A DNA stretch of 57,528 nucleotides, filler included, from Sphacelaria rigidula (Eukaryota), in the NCBI GenBank assembly GCA_964200075.2. It is 4 parts of 4 records of this genome, joined end to end, with 100 filler letters (N's around TTAATTAATTAA, not from the genome) between each part and the next. Parts side by side here need not be neighbours in the genome. Positions count along the whole stretch, not along the records: positions 28,818 to 43,123 come from CAXNAA020002326.1; positions 43,224 to 57,528 come from CAXNAA020002327.1; 2 more parts are not named here. One strand, written 5' to 3'. A program made the translations under genes and the position numbers. The notes beneath the pieces were generated by a model that was given only the letters and a program-made list of their open reading frames with translations, ran no database searches and was not told the DNA's origin. Each line of letters begins with the position of its first letter. Position 1 is the stretch's first letter. Below, in pieces: positions 36,001 through 48,654 of the stretch.

Positions 36001-39000
36001 AATTCGTCTAAAAATTACTTGAGTTTAGTATGATGAGNNNNNNNNNNCCCTTTTGGGCAATCAGACCGAAGAAATCGTGAATTTGGCGACTTTGAGTCGT
36101 AATGATTTGTCCTGACCGTGAACGATTCCATGCCACCTTCGTTTATGTCCCGCATTTCCCCCTCTAGCACATCCCGTTCCTCCTTTGTGTAGTCCACATT
36201 CTGCCACTTCATGAGCTCTACTCTACTGCCTTGCCACAGGGGCAATTCTGGGCATCTACTTCCTCCTCCACTCGACTACTGGAATACTTGCTTCTTTTCC
36301 GCAGATCGAGGCCCCCGCCCGAAACTGCCACGATAATTTTTTCGACGCGTCCATTGAGCCCTGCATATATGTTTTGATCCTTCACCCCTCTCTCGACCCC
36401 CCGTGACGGGGGAGGGGGACGGAACAATCAAAATTGCGTACAAGAAAAAGAAATAAAACTACGGTGCTCGAGGGATTCCAAAACTTGCGTTGAGACGACA
36501 CTCACCGCTTTGTCGATGTTCACCGGTAAGCGAGGGACCTGCTTCCCTGCGAGTGATGCACCAGTCAGCAGGCATGCAACATCTTTCTTGACCTTGCGGG
36601 CACTTCATATCAAGCGCGAAAACACGGGTGAGCCGTCGAAGAACGGGAGGGCGGGAGAACGGCGTCAACCCCCCAAAAATATTTTCACACACTCGTAGAC
36701 GTATATGAGAGATAAAATAACAACACAATTTCCTTTCGGTTTGGATCCTACGCCACCGTCTGTGTCAACCGCCATCTTTTTCAAGTAGGTATTGCGTTTG
36801 TCGGTCGCTCAGATCGCTGGCTAGGCCTCTCTTCCCCGGCCTCCGCTATCCCCCCGGACTCCTTGACCATCAAACGTGGTGGACAAACAAAGGCCTCCAA
36901 CGAAACGCGACGGGCCCAATACGGTACAATCGGCGATCGGGCTACACATTTATTCTCAACTCGCCGGTGAAAAAATATTGAACGCAGCACAACACAACAC
37001 AGCACAACACAGCACAACACAGCACAGCACAACAACATGGAAATATATTGTACGGTCTCCGGCTCGCACCAGAGAGGAACGTAACCACAACAAAATATTT
37101 GTTAAAGAAACGACCTTCATGACCACAATACATGGATGATGTCACTGCCTGTGCACCCTCCAGTGCCCGCTTACACATGGTCGTGCGTCAGTCTTCCCCC
37201 CGAAAATAAAAATAAAAGTAAAAATAGAGTCAACCAAACCTCCGTTCGTGTTGACAACTTTGTTCCATTTTTTCACCCTCAAAGGCTACGCCAAATAAAT
37301 ACTCCCTTGAACATTTTCATTTGTATTTCTACATTTTTTGCGTTTCGCTTTCTCTTGTGTCCTATCACCCATTCCATCTGCTTGAATTGAAGCAGACAAA
37401 AAAATGCATCATGTGTGTGTGTGTGTGTGTGTGTCTTCCCGCTCTCCTCTGTCCCATCTACTCCTCCACCACGACTGTTCTTTTTTCAAGTATCCATCAC
37501 AACACACCTAGCCTTATCTCTCTCCTTCTTCCAGCCGGCCGGTAGAGCCAAGAAAGACCGAATCTTCGACGAAGACCTGTCCTTCGGATCTCTGCCGTCG
37601 GTCGAACGCCTGCCCTCCCTGCGGCTGCCCATCCCACGACTACTCGCCTCTCCCCCGCTGATCCTCTCAGAACCTCTAGCCGGCGAAACACTGCGTGAGC
37701 ACCTCATCGACCCGGAGCTACCGCAACCGCTACCGCTACTATCGCTTCCCCGGGAACCGCGCTGGTCCCGGCCCCGTCGCTCGGCCTTCGCCGTTTTGGC
37801 GGCGGCAGGATGGCCCGGATCAACGCCTACGAACGCATCCCCAGAGGCCGTGCCCGAGCTACCGTCGATGTCTGACCCGCTCCGGCTCCTCCGCGACCAG
37901 ATCTTTTCCGTTGCTCCTTCGCTGACGGCAGCGCTAGCGGTACCGCTGAGGTCGGTGCTCATGGTACCGCTTGAGCTCGCCGATATCCTGAGGTATGGTT
38001 GGCGTGTGTATTTGATATCAATAACTTACACTGACCGTGGAGCCATTTTGACTTGATCTGCTTCTGCTTTGATTGCTTGTTGCGCACTGACTGGTTGAAT
38101 TTAGCTATGTGTGGGCACAAGACAGACGCACATATGTACTCAAGGCAATAGATGAATGGGAAAACACTCGCTGGAGGGAACTCGAGCAAAAGGCGGGGGC
38201 GGGGGGGGTATGACATACCGCACTCCTAATAACGATATACATATGTAAATATTCAAGGATTGCTCGATTCATTGATGGATGGATTGATGAATTGATGGGG
38301 GCAGATTGAGGGTGCATCAACTGATCCCCGCTAAATACAACGTGTCTCCTGCATGAAATAAAAAGACAGGGGGGGCAAGCGGAAGAACACACACAGAACA
38401 AACGGAGTAGACTGCCAAGTACAAGACCACAACGAAGAAGGTCGACGCCTGGCTCCTGCGATGTCTTCTACAGGCTCAACATTCCGAGAATCATTATATA
38501 GGCCAGTCTCCTCCATCTTGAAAAAAGCTGACTGCTACCCGTGCGGTCATGATTATCATATGCGGTGGAATACTCTTGCGTGCAGTGCGTGGAGCACGAC
38601 CAGAGCAGTACATACATAGAACATAACGTCATGCATCACTGTACTATGATAGGCACGACACACAACGTGAAGGTGAAAGTTGGTACAGTGTACAACGGTG
38701 CAGTACCGTGCGGAGATTCCACGGCAACAGTGTAGACCAGTAACAAGTTAGTGCAGCGCTATATGCTGCACTCATGCCAGCACGCTTCAACTGTCCACCA
38801 ACGGAATTGCATTCCCGTCCCGCTCTGCGTACCGACACCTTCCAATCTCGAACACTTGTCAGCACAGTACAGAAGACACATCTGCACAACAGTGTACAAC
38901 ACGACACACCTGTAGACCAAATGCGAAGCGTACACACAGAACCCACATTACCTGCCAGTGAGCCTCCCACGTGCTGTCGTCGCCGATGCTGACGTCCCAC

Positions 39001-39133
39001 CCGTGGCGCCGCCATTACCCATCGCCAAACCCAAATCGTCTTCCGCATCGTCTCCCCCAAACGAGCCCGTCGAGCCATCCCTCCCGGGTGGTGGTGAACT
39101 TCGCTCAGAGCCGTCAAGGTCCTGGCCGGCCAT
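30025..39133 (-). CDS. Large multi-exon protein: long Ser/Pro/Ala-rich disordered region, F-box-like motif and TBC (Rab-GAP) domain N-terminal part. Exons: 39133-38952, 37987-37508, unresolved exon(s) at 35.2-36.9 kb, 34860-31592, 30324 to about 30025; 3' part unresolved
   Basis: Junctions 38952/37987 and 31592/30324 are GT/AG and phase 2. The big exon ends FPEGVRSVVEFVGSVEGVARCKAVCASWRRVV (F-box-like) then LVVRRAGVTPKCRAAFWEHMI (TBC G.P...R...W motif). The next exon has AIDADVARTF (IxxDxxR arginine finger). Confidence 0.8.
35739..36360 (-). mobile_element. Degenerate 3' end of a LINE ORF2 with a C-terminal CCHC knuckle (intronic)
   Basis: EEEVDAQNCPCGKAVE...KEERDVLEGEM...EKTMAIPGGRRWPQTAKQDGDK...GCVVIGQTTKANNK*. 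Frameshifted. The 3' end recurs at 16162, 16765 and 28820-28900. Confidence 0.7.
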
Positions 39134-39304
39134 CCTCCGTACAGTGACGGACAGCAGACGGTAGTCTCCCAGCTCGGCTAATGAGCGCAGCGGCCTGAGG
39201 GACACGGGTTGAGGATACAGCAAGTGAGGTTTGCGGTGAAGTTGGAGTCCGTGTCGCGAAAATACAGCGACACCCTAATAATGCGGTGCGACAACACTCC
39301 ACCG

Positions 39305-39603
39305 CGCTCCGGTGGTGTAATGGTCCGACTGTCGCCATTGGGGTGGAGAGAACGGGGGTTCGATTCCCGATGCGTTGGGTTTTTTCTTCGTAATGTATGA
39401 TTTCCACCGTGGAAAGCGTGAGAACATGAGTAAACAAAATAGTCGACTGGGTTCGTGTGACGTGAGTTGAGGCGGTGAGGGAGTGCTGATAGTCATGATC
39501 CAATCCGCGAGACGAAAATGAAAGTCACGTACCGGGGGAGAGATGGGTTGATCCCTTGAGACCACGGACTCATCCCTAGGAAGGGGAGGGGTTCGAAGAA
39601 AAT

Positions 39604-39635
<32 letters not shown>
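39305..39635 (+). mobile_element. tRNA-derived SINE, family 1
   Basis: Head TGGTGTAATGG (A box) ... GGTTCGATTCC (B box), with TTGGG in the anticodon position (tRNA-Pro-like, tentative), and a (CA)n tail at 39606-39635. Confidence 0.8.
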
Positions 39636-39637
<2 letters not shown>

Positions 39638-41379
39638 TAGTGTAATCAAGATGGCTGTGATCACAAGCATGATCCGCTATACTATTTTCAGGTGAACTTA
39701 CTCTTTCAGTGTAGTGTGGGGTCGCAGTATCATCATGCCCGTGTCGGTAGCACCGCACTTCAGCGGCACCTCCACTTCAAGCAGCAAAGGACAGTCTCGG
39801 AAGGTCGATGCGCAACATCTCTTGTGTAAATAAGGGCACACTGGACAAAGAGGGGAATGCCTCGTCACTACTGGCTCACGTCAAGGAGCAGTGGTCAGGG
39901 AGGCTTCACTTGTGCACATTCAATCTCGAGATGAACCATTTTCGTGCCCACCAAAGGGTATACATGCGGATGGCCATGAAAATAGTACACACGTGAGCAG
40001 GGCAAGCTATTCACTGTTCCCTGTGAGGAGTACAGGCGAACAACAACACCATGCCTCCCTAACCATGTATACTACGCTGAACCTGATACACCATTAAAAT
40101 AAACTACATACGTACAACAAGCTCCCGTTAACATTGTCAATATTTCTCTCGGAGGGGGGAGAACATCGCATTTAGGGTACTCATACAGTATGTCGTTTCA
40201 TGATACTACAGGACAGTAGTACTCTGCGGATATCACGGTCGTTCACGTTTTCGGTCTGTATCGGTAAATAACTAGTTGGTTACAGTGCTGTTCTCGACGG
40301 AGTCTATCCCTGATTAAATTTACAACGACAAAAAAACACTGCTGTATCAATGAGAAACGACTACGGGTACGTTGTACAAAAAACAAATCCCGCCTACTCG
40401 TCGAAAAGGAAACGCACGATGCTCGTCTGATTTTGTTGCATCCGCCGGCCGTTCATCAGAACACACCCGGCAATAGACGTGCCGAGCTCTGGGCATCACA
40501 CCATTTCAACAGAAAACACTCGCGACCGATACTGCCCTGCACACAGCACATCTCCTAGTCTTCCACAAATCGCAAGTATCGGATGAGCCAGAAACTCGGT
40601 ACATTAATGTGCAAAGGCTGGGCATCATGAAAATAGAGAAAACGAAAAAAACGGAACTCACTGTGAAGACGATGTGGAAATTATGCAGATATATCATCAC
40701 TACACTGCTGCAGCATAGGCAGCATCCCCCCGCCACGCACGCACTTTCTCGTTTGGGTTTGCGTTCAACGGCCGTCTCCGTACCCTCGGACATTATTGCA
40801 GCCAATGGGACGAATGGGCTGAACGCCCCGTCAATGGAGGTATGCATAGAGTGTCCCAAGCCATGTGGTGGTGATAGTATTCCACTCCCTGGGCAAGAGA
40901 TGACTGTCGAAGAGTGTACTGCGTACAGTATGATATATATATTGTGTATTGCACTAGACACAATAGTCGATACTGTACGCAGTACACTTTTTCACAAAAG
41001 TAATCTGTTGTCCAGAGTGTGTAACACTCAGTACACACTGCCTTCGGGGCCAAGATCATTTTTATGGCAACCAATTCGTATTTAACAGCGTTTTCGTGAG
41101 ATTGAGAGGAGAGCGCTGATTGAGAGTGTTTTTGATTATTCGCTTCAACTTGGCCATTTTTTGTTCAGTGTGTGCTTTTCTTTGCCTCCATCACTGGCGT
41201 GTGCTTACAGCTACACGTCGATATCCTACTCATGGATGTCAAGGGCCTCAGTGGCAAGCTATCACAGGAAGCATATCGGGCCTCGCGGAGGGGCATCTCG
41301 TAACTGAAACGATTCATTCACTGCTTGACCGCTTTTCACGCTCAATCATATCCTCTACTCTTAATCTCACGAAAACGTT

Positions 41380-41845
41380 GTTATTTGTAGAAATATGAGG
41401 ATTTCAGCCTCACTAAAGGCGATTTTCTCCCGTGGATTGATTTTCCCAAGGGCAAGTCGAGTAGAGTATACTCGATTGCGGAGTATTTAGAAAGCCGTAC
41501 TTGATATTCACGAATTGGGGGTAGGGTTTTAGGGATCGCTTTCCAGATATGTCTTTCGAAATACCCCACAATTGAGTATACTCGACCCGGCCTGCCCTTG
41601 GATTTGTCGCGCGCCAGTCCGTTGGATAATGTTTTTCGGCTAGCTCTGAGGAAACCGGATCAATTTTCCGATTCTCTGGACGCTGACTTTTGGTACATCA
41701 CCTTTCTGCTCAGATCGGGAGGCTCCCGCATCTCCCCGGAGGCCGAAAAACAAACATTGCCCAATGGACTGGGATCCGAAGAATCAATGCACGGGAGAAA
41801 ATCGCCTGTAGACAGCCTGAAATGCTCAAATTTCTACAAATACGG
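41380..41845. repeat. Palindromic MITE family member, interrupted by a hAT MITE
   Basis: ATTTGTAGAAAT...GGCGATTTTCTCCCGTG pairs with CACGGGAGAAAATCGCC...ATTTCTACAAAT. Confidence 0.65.
41447..41600. mobile_element. hAT-type MITE (154 bp)
   Basis: CAAGGGCA...TGCCCTTG termini; degenerate 8-bp TSD GATTTTCC/GATTTGTC. Confidence 0.7.
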
Positions 41846-43123
41846 ATCGCTTGCCATGAAAAACGGTTTAATAACAAATGGTTTCAAGAGTTCCGGGACC
41901 GAAACGAGAAACCAAAACACAAATCCTGTCCCACGGTCTTCGAACACTATGCTACGCGTCGGCTAAAAACAGTTTCAGGCGTTCGGGACCAAACCGGGAC
42001 CAAACCAGGGAATTCAATTGACAAATTCAGTCCCATGGAGATGTGACTGTGAATACTAAGCTGCCATTGGTGCCGATTACGCCGAGAGACGCGTCCTGAG
42101 AACGCTCAGAGCACTTGAGACCACCTGCCCATTCTTACTTATGATCCAGGTCTCAGTTCATCTTGAATTTATATTTTCTTGTCACACCATCAACCCACTC
42201 CAACGCTCTCGCGCTTCAACGGGACGGGTCCATGTTCTCATGCGATCATCACATCTTTCACCCGCCCAGTACACGTCATGATTTTCAATGTCAAAATGAC
42301 AAATCTGAACCAGAGTATGTTTCAAACCATAGTCTCGATACACAAAATCGTGTTGTCCTCGTCCAGAGGCTGTACCAGTACTGATCTAAGTTTGTTTGTC
42401 AACACTGCACCCTCCCAGGTGCTCATGATGTCGAAATGAGTGCACCACCATGCACACATATGCATTCACTGACAATGCACAGAAATGGGCTGCGAATTAG
42501 CCGCTTTGAGGACGTGTCGATGGTGTACCGGTATTCGCTTCGTTTAAATTGCTCGGTGGCCGAAAGGAGCCGTTCTCTGGTACACATACTGCCTGTGTTG
42601 TCGTCGACTAGTGTACCAAGTTTTACGGCGGTGACTCCACACCCGGTCGAGAAATTACCAAGTAAAGTTTCTGTTCCAAAGTGCAATGATAGTTGTACGC
42701 GGGCCAAGTGCGGGCATTCACCAATATATGCAGTGCGTGCATTCCAATATATGTATGCTTTCGTTACTTTGGCGCAGGACAGGGAGTAGGCAACAATACT
42801 TCGTGTCCCTCTGCCACAAAAAATTACAGACACCACTCCTCTACTCTGTACTACTTACTCTGCACGATAGGCGGATACTCGTCGTTGAGCACACTAACTG
42901 ACCGCCTGCACTGCCTGCACCGCAGGGCCAAGAGTTTCACAAAATCGTACGGTATACCACACCAACCGGATGAGGCAAGCGAGGTAACCAATGCAAATGC
43001 GCGGGCAACGGGATAAAGCCTATATTTCCGGCAGACGAAAGAGAGAGAGCGGTAGAATCATTTCCCCGCCGGAAAAAAAAAAAACTAAGGCCGCGCCTTA
43101 CTAGAGGTATCTCAAACTCGACC

Positions 43124-43223
43124 NNNNNNNNNNNNNNNNNNNNNNNNNNNNNNNNNNNNNNNNNNNNTTAATTAATTAANNNNNNNNNNNNNNNNNNNNN
43201 NNNNNNNNNNNNNNNNNNNNNNN
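43124..43223. other. Artificial contig-join linker
   Basis: N run with central TTAATTAATTAA. Confidence 0.95.
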
Positions 43224-43707
43224 GGAGCTGGCGCTTTTCTTTTTTGCCTTGCCTTGTTGTTCTGCCCCGGCCCCTCGCCTCCCTTTGGGGCTGGGGCGGG
43301 GAGGGGGGGGGGAAACTCGGGAGATTCCTCAATCTGCCAAGGTGAGCTCATCGCTCGCAGCATCGCCGAGGGATGTGGGCGGTATGTCGTAGCAACTGAT
43401 GTTTGGGGCTACGATACGACCAATGTTGGGGGGGCTACGACCTGTAATCTGAGCAAATCGGGCGAAGGGGTTCCGGTAAGCAGCAAGGGCAGCGGCATAA
43501 AGAAGGGGGACGTGGGCTGTGTCCGAAGGTGCCTCTCCTACAAGAGAAAATGTTCGAGCTAGAGTACTATTTCCATAGTACTGCAAAAGATCGTGCGATT
43601 GCACTGATGAGGGGGACGTGGTGCGCTAAGAGTACTTTCGCGGTTACAGGGCCTCCCCTTTCTCCTTGACAAGAGGCAGGAACCATCTGGTACTACAGGG
43701 AAAAGCT

Positions 43708-43953
43708 AAATCGGGCTGGATTGAAGTGATGTGGTCAAACATCGTGGTGTGTTCACGCAAAACTCGTTGGCTTACGTCCGAGGGCAAATTTTGTCGCTAA
43801 AACCACAGTGCTCCTCGACGGGAGTCATCTGTGAATACAGGAATAGACTTAATCGGGCCGGACTGAAGTGATTGTGGGCAAACATCGTGGTGTGGTCACG
43901 CAAACTCGTGGGCTTACATCCGAGGGCAAATTTTGTAACTAAAACCACAGTCC
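43708..43953. repeat. Diverged tandem duplication (about 105 bp, period about 143 bp)
   Basis: AATCGGGC.GGA.TGAAGTGAT...CAAACATCGTGGTGTG...TCCGAGGGCAAATTTTGT...CTAAAACCACAGT occurs twice. Confidence 0.8.
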
Positions 43954-44688
43954 ATTTAATATTTCATATGAGGCGAGTCTCGAAAGGAGGCTCAACTTGT
44001 GGTAGTATCGTTGACGGGAAGAACAAGACAAGGAGGTCGGTAAGGCGGTGTTGTCTCAAAATGGAGAAAATATCTACGGTAGACTCGAATCAGTTGTACC
44101 AACGTCAACAACGCAGGGTTCACTGCCATATGCGTGTGCTGTCATAGGGATGAGCTATTGACTTACGACTGTCGGCCCGGACTCCCACACCTCAAAACCG
44201 CACACAATGGAGGGGGGGGGGGGCGGGGCGGGGGGGCGTATCTACTCATATGTGGGGTGCTCGTGTAGGTACACGGTACTGGGGGCGTTTTATTTCGGCG
44301 CAAGGCGAATCAACCGAATGCAGCTACAGTATCAACCGTCGAAACCAACCATTACCTTCCAATAATGTGATGGTGATCGACGGACAACCACACAGTTTGC
44401 ACGCGGCACGGTGGCGAGGGCGATACCCTGTTACGAGGCCGGGTGAACACACTGTAGTAAGACAGGGTGACGGTTTGATGCATGCACAAAGCACGAATAC
44501 AACGCAGCTCCGGCCAGTCCTACGCGTAGTCAGTAATACAACAAAGTGCGTCCCTATGGTTCTACGTGGATACAAGCAGGCGGGGACAGAACCGAAAGAC
44601 GGCTACAGCGAAACACTCAGTAGCTTAACGCAGTATACCAATGGAGGGACAGATACTTGACATCAAGACGCGAAGCGGGGGCAATGCA

Positions 44689-45212
44689 TAGGCTTTAGCT
44701 TCGTATGCGCGTTTTTTTTTTTTAATTATGCTCATTTTTTTTTAATACATATGCTTTGCCACCTTGTTCTATGGTCCATTTTAAGCCTTTGCCACTGAAA
44801 ATATGCGTACTTTATGCGCCTACTTCGCGTCCTTGTTGTGGCGTTGTGGCAGTATCCCTCACGAGGCGAGCCTCGTAGCACGAGGAGAGGGCGACACTTT
44901 GTGTATTCGAGGTTTAAAAATTGTGTTTTATTGAAAAATACAACTTTCCCATGATCATTTAACGTTTCCAGATCAGAACCGCAACCATGGCAGTTTGGAG
45001 TACTGAAGCCTATCCGGTGACAGGTGACGAGTCACGCCATAGGCCATAGGGGGCACTTTCAGACAGCTGCTGCAATGGCTGGAGGAGGCGCATAAAAATT
45101 TATCGCAACTTTATGCTCGTTTCAAGCACATTATAAGCTTGTCAGTCTTATTTTAAGCCCAAAAAACCCGAATTATGCTCAACCTTAGGCGCGCATACGA
45201 AGCTAAAGCCTA
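44689..45212. mobile_element. hAT-type MITE (524 bp)
   Basis: 23-bp perfect TIR TAGGCTTTAGCTTCGTATGCGCG; 8-bp TSD GCAATGCA/GCAACGCA (7/8). Confidence 0.85.
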
Positions 45213-46507
45213 GCAACGCACAGCAGTGTCTACTGTTGTACAACGCAAGTAAATCCAGTATAAAAGTACGCGACAAGTACGACCCTCGGAATAACAGGGG
45301 CACCTCACGAAATACAAATATGAAGCGCAGGAAAATAAAACCGACTTGCTGACTACCTAGCAGAATGAACACTCCAGGCAACACGAGTAAGACTCCACTA
45401 ACCAGGCAGAATAAATTCCGTTCATCGACGCCGAGTGCGATGAAAAGTTGGCTAATGCATTGGCTGGGGTCTCTCAGTACAACTGCCAGAAGATACCATG
45501 GTTCCAGCAAGCTCCCATGAGGGCACACCGTACAGACCAGCTTCTCTCTTATGCAAACACGCAGTAAGTTATTATGTTCAACTGCTGGAAGGACGAGAGA
45601 CTCACATGTTGATAGCTGATATTATACCTAATAGTAGCTCTCTAGCGCAGTATAGCCGGGGCGCTGCCATGAGAGCAGAGTGTGGCGACGGTGCCAGAGT
45701 AGCAGGAGCAACCAGGCTTTATTTTTTTCTGTGCTTTCCTTTCCCTTCATTTTTTTTCTGTCATCATTATTTTTTTTGTACTTCTTAGTCTGCTATGTCG
45801 TCTTGTTCTACTTTTTTCTCTGTTTCGTCTTTTTCTCCAGTGAGTGTTTCAGTTTTGTTGTGTCTTGGGTACGTCTATCATGCCACCACGGCTGCATCCC
45901 CGGGGGGCCAGTTGAAGTGCGATAATCAAATTGAAAAAAAAATAAGAGAAGCTGACCCGTTGGGCACATGCAGGCACATACATGCACCAAGCTCACAAGA
46001 ATGGGCAAAGTCTGTCCAACGCCGAGGTTGCTTCATGTGAATAATGGTGCTCAGAAGCCAGCTTGTCAAAACGCACGCAAGTCACGCGCTAGCTCTATGT
46101 GGTATACTTTTTTGTATGCAATTCAACACGCCGTCCGTTGACCCAGCCGATACTTGAAATTTGGTACGGGTTGATACCCCTGTGTCGTTCCACGTTGCTT
46201 CATTTGTTTGGGTTGACGAATCAACACGAGAGACAGCCTCGCACACGCTGAGCGCAACCACTGTATTTGTTTTTGAACTCGCCATGGAACAACCATACTC
46301 ATTCATTGACTGCCAAGGTGAGTCACCTGTTGAATCGGCACTACCCTCTCTTGAAGAATGACGATGAGACCCAGATCACCCATTATGATGGCTAACGCGG
46401 TAGCAGCCGCTGATTCCCTCAACGAGTCAGCAGAGGTCCACCGCCTGTACCGGTTTGAAGTCGCGATAACGGATTTCTCGTGATGTTTTCCATCGTCTCC
46501 TTCGCAG

Positions 46508-46692
46508 GTCGACCGCTCCCCAGGCCAGGGATTTTGAGGCCCGTTTCCGGTCGGGCGGGTCGAGGTCACTGGGGGGGAGGTGCAGGCTTCGGCGGCGGCA
46601 GGGGCGGAGGAGGGTTTCGAGGGGGTGGAGGTGCTGGCGGAATGGGGGGTGGGGGTATGAGATCTGGCTTTGGTGGGACTGCCAACCGTTAG
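46508..46692 (+). CDS. Probable terminal exon encoding an RGG/Gly-rich tail (parent gene unresolved)
   Basis: Good pyrimidine-rich acceptor (TTTTCCATCGTCTCCTTCGCAG), then RPLPRPGILRPVSGRAGRGHWGGGAGFGGGRGGGGFRGGGG...TANR*. Confidence 0.5.
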
Positions 46693-46954
46693 CTCCGACA
46701 CGTGGCTAGTTGGGATCGGAATTAAGGATTTGGTAGAACTGTAGACCTACCTTGAAGTGCTGCGGTTACCGCTTTGAGCGGTCACGACGGATACTTTCGA
46801 ATGCTTAGTATCGAATTCATGAGTTTTCGAAGTTCGTGCTTTTTGTACACATTTCATTCAGGGTATAGGGCCCATCAGTCGGTTTCTTTCGCTGTCAGAC
46901 ACACATTGTCCGTTATGGTTTTTGCTTGTGTGGCAGGTGATCGTGAGGATACTG

Positions 46955-47800
46955 TATTCTAGACCTCAGAGTATATTCGTGAAAATACGTATACTCCATG
47001 CTGATCGCTTGTGAGTACTCGGGAGTATTTGCAGGGTTAAGGTTAGGTTGAGTATTTGCTGTCCGTTGCAATCCTGGTGAGAGCTAGTTGTAAAACACTC
47101 CGGAGAATTCTCGAGGACTGCGAATACTCGAAAGTACACAAAATCGAATTCTCCAGAATATTTTGCGAAACTACCTGTATTCTGTGCTGGTCGCTTTTGA
47201 TAACTCCAGAGTATTTGCAGTCACCTCAAGGGTTTGTTTGAACCATACTGTGGAGAATTTTAGGGGACTGCAAATGCTCTCGAGTACGCAAACTATATTC
47301 TCCAGGATGTTTCGTGAAATGACGTGTTCCGGTGCTGATCGTTTTTTGTCACTCGAGAGTATTTGCAGTTCTCTGTAATCCTGTTGGGGGGCTTGTTGCA
47401 AATATTCTTGGGGGTGGGCAGTTGTTGAGTCTTCCAGAGTGTTTTTTTTCTCTAAATACATGTATATGGTGTTGATCGTTGTTGATTCCTCGAGAGGATT
47501 TGTGATCCTCAGCAATCCTCTGGCGGGGCTATATGCCGTCAGAAAGACCCCTGCAGGGCGGGCACTCTTTTGTCCTCTTGAAGTTTTCATGGAAATAATA
47601 TCAACTGTTTTGGTCGATTCGAGCTTCTTCAGAAAAAAACACGCTCTGGCACCTTTTGGTGGCAAGCCCTTATCTGTACCTCTTTCGAGAAACAACAGAG
47701 TACAATCCTCAATCCTCGGGAGAGTGCTGTAGACAGCGTTTCATCAGCTGTAATCTGTTTTGAATTGTTCTGGAGGTAGTGTCGGTTTCTGTAATCCTGT
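46955..47800. repeat. Diverged tandem repeat (about 5-6 units of roughly 130-190 bp)
   Basis: Recurring TTCTCCAG.A...TGCTGATCG.TT.TG...CTCGAGAGTATTTGCAG motifs near 46955, 47146, 47295 and 47427, weaker beyond. Confidence 0.6.
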
Positions 47801-48654
47801 GATGAGTTGCTGAAATGTATAACCATCGGAGGGTTCGCGCTGAATTTCACTCAAACCACTTTTGACTGACGCGAAATGAAAAAAAGTGTCTGTCCTGTCC
47901 TGTCCTATCCTATCCGTCCGAACCTCATTACGAAGCTACGAACCACGCACTTCTTTTTTTCCCGAATTGATTCGAAGCCGCGCTGTGCGGAAAAACCATC
48001 CCATCGCTCTCCTGACAGCAATCGAGACGCCCTCACCAAGTTTCAGCTTCATTGGTGCTCATGGCGTTGTGTTGTGGCTTCCGTCTCTGGGCGCGCTCGA
48101 AAACGCTCCCAATTCGACCTCTTTTGACAAGAGCGAGTCTTCATTGAACTTCTCAGACTTGACTGTCGCAACTTCAATCGAGGCACTTTTGGAGGTTGGG
48201 GGCATCACACGCAGCAACCGACTCTCCGAATCACTTCGAAAACCCTCAAGAAGGTTCAGCTTTATTGCTGCTTTCTTCGTTGTCTTCGCTTGTGCGTGCC
48301 GACACCGTCCGTGGCTGAGGTGGAGGGGTGTCAAGGTACGTGATCGACGTTCACCGCCTTACACCGACCCGATCATTCTGGGGGCATCTCAACAACGAGC
48401 TATCGGCCATCAGAAACGCGATTGGCCTGAACTAATATCGGTTTCCATGTGGACAGCCGTCGAGCGTACCAGTTCCCTTCATCAAAGAGTACGAGGGCGG
48501 TAGAGACGTCTACTCTTCGCTACCAACCCTACCACGAGCGAACTCAAATCGGGTTGTCACGTGGAGTTTTGCCCGGAAAGCGGCTAGGTCAGATGGCAAG
48601 GATGGACCGACCAGAAAATTGGCCCTAGGAGGAGCGACAAGATGGTGAGCCTGA

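Noticed and set aside
40500..43020. ORFs and possible exons (40720-40840, 42480-42520)
   Set aside because: No recognisable motifs and no consistent splice chain.
47886..48503. 205-aa + strand ORF
   Set aside because: No domain signature, non-ATG start and repeat-like context.
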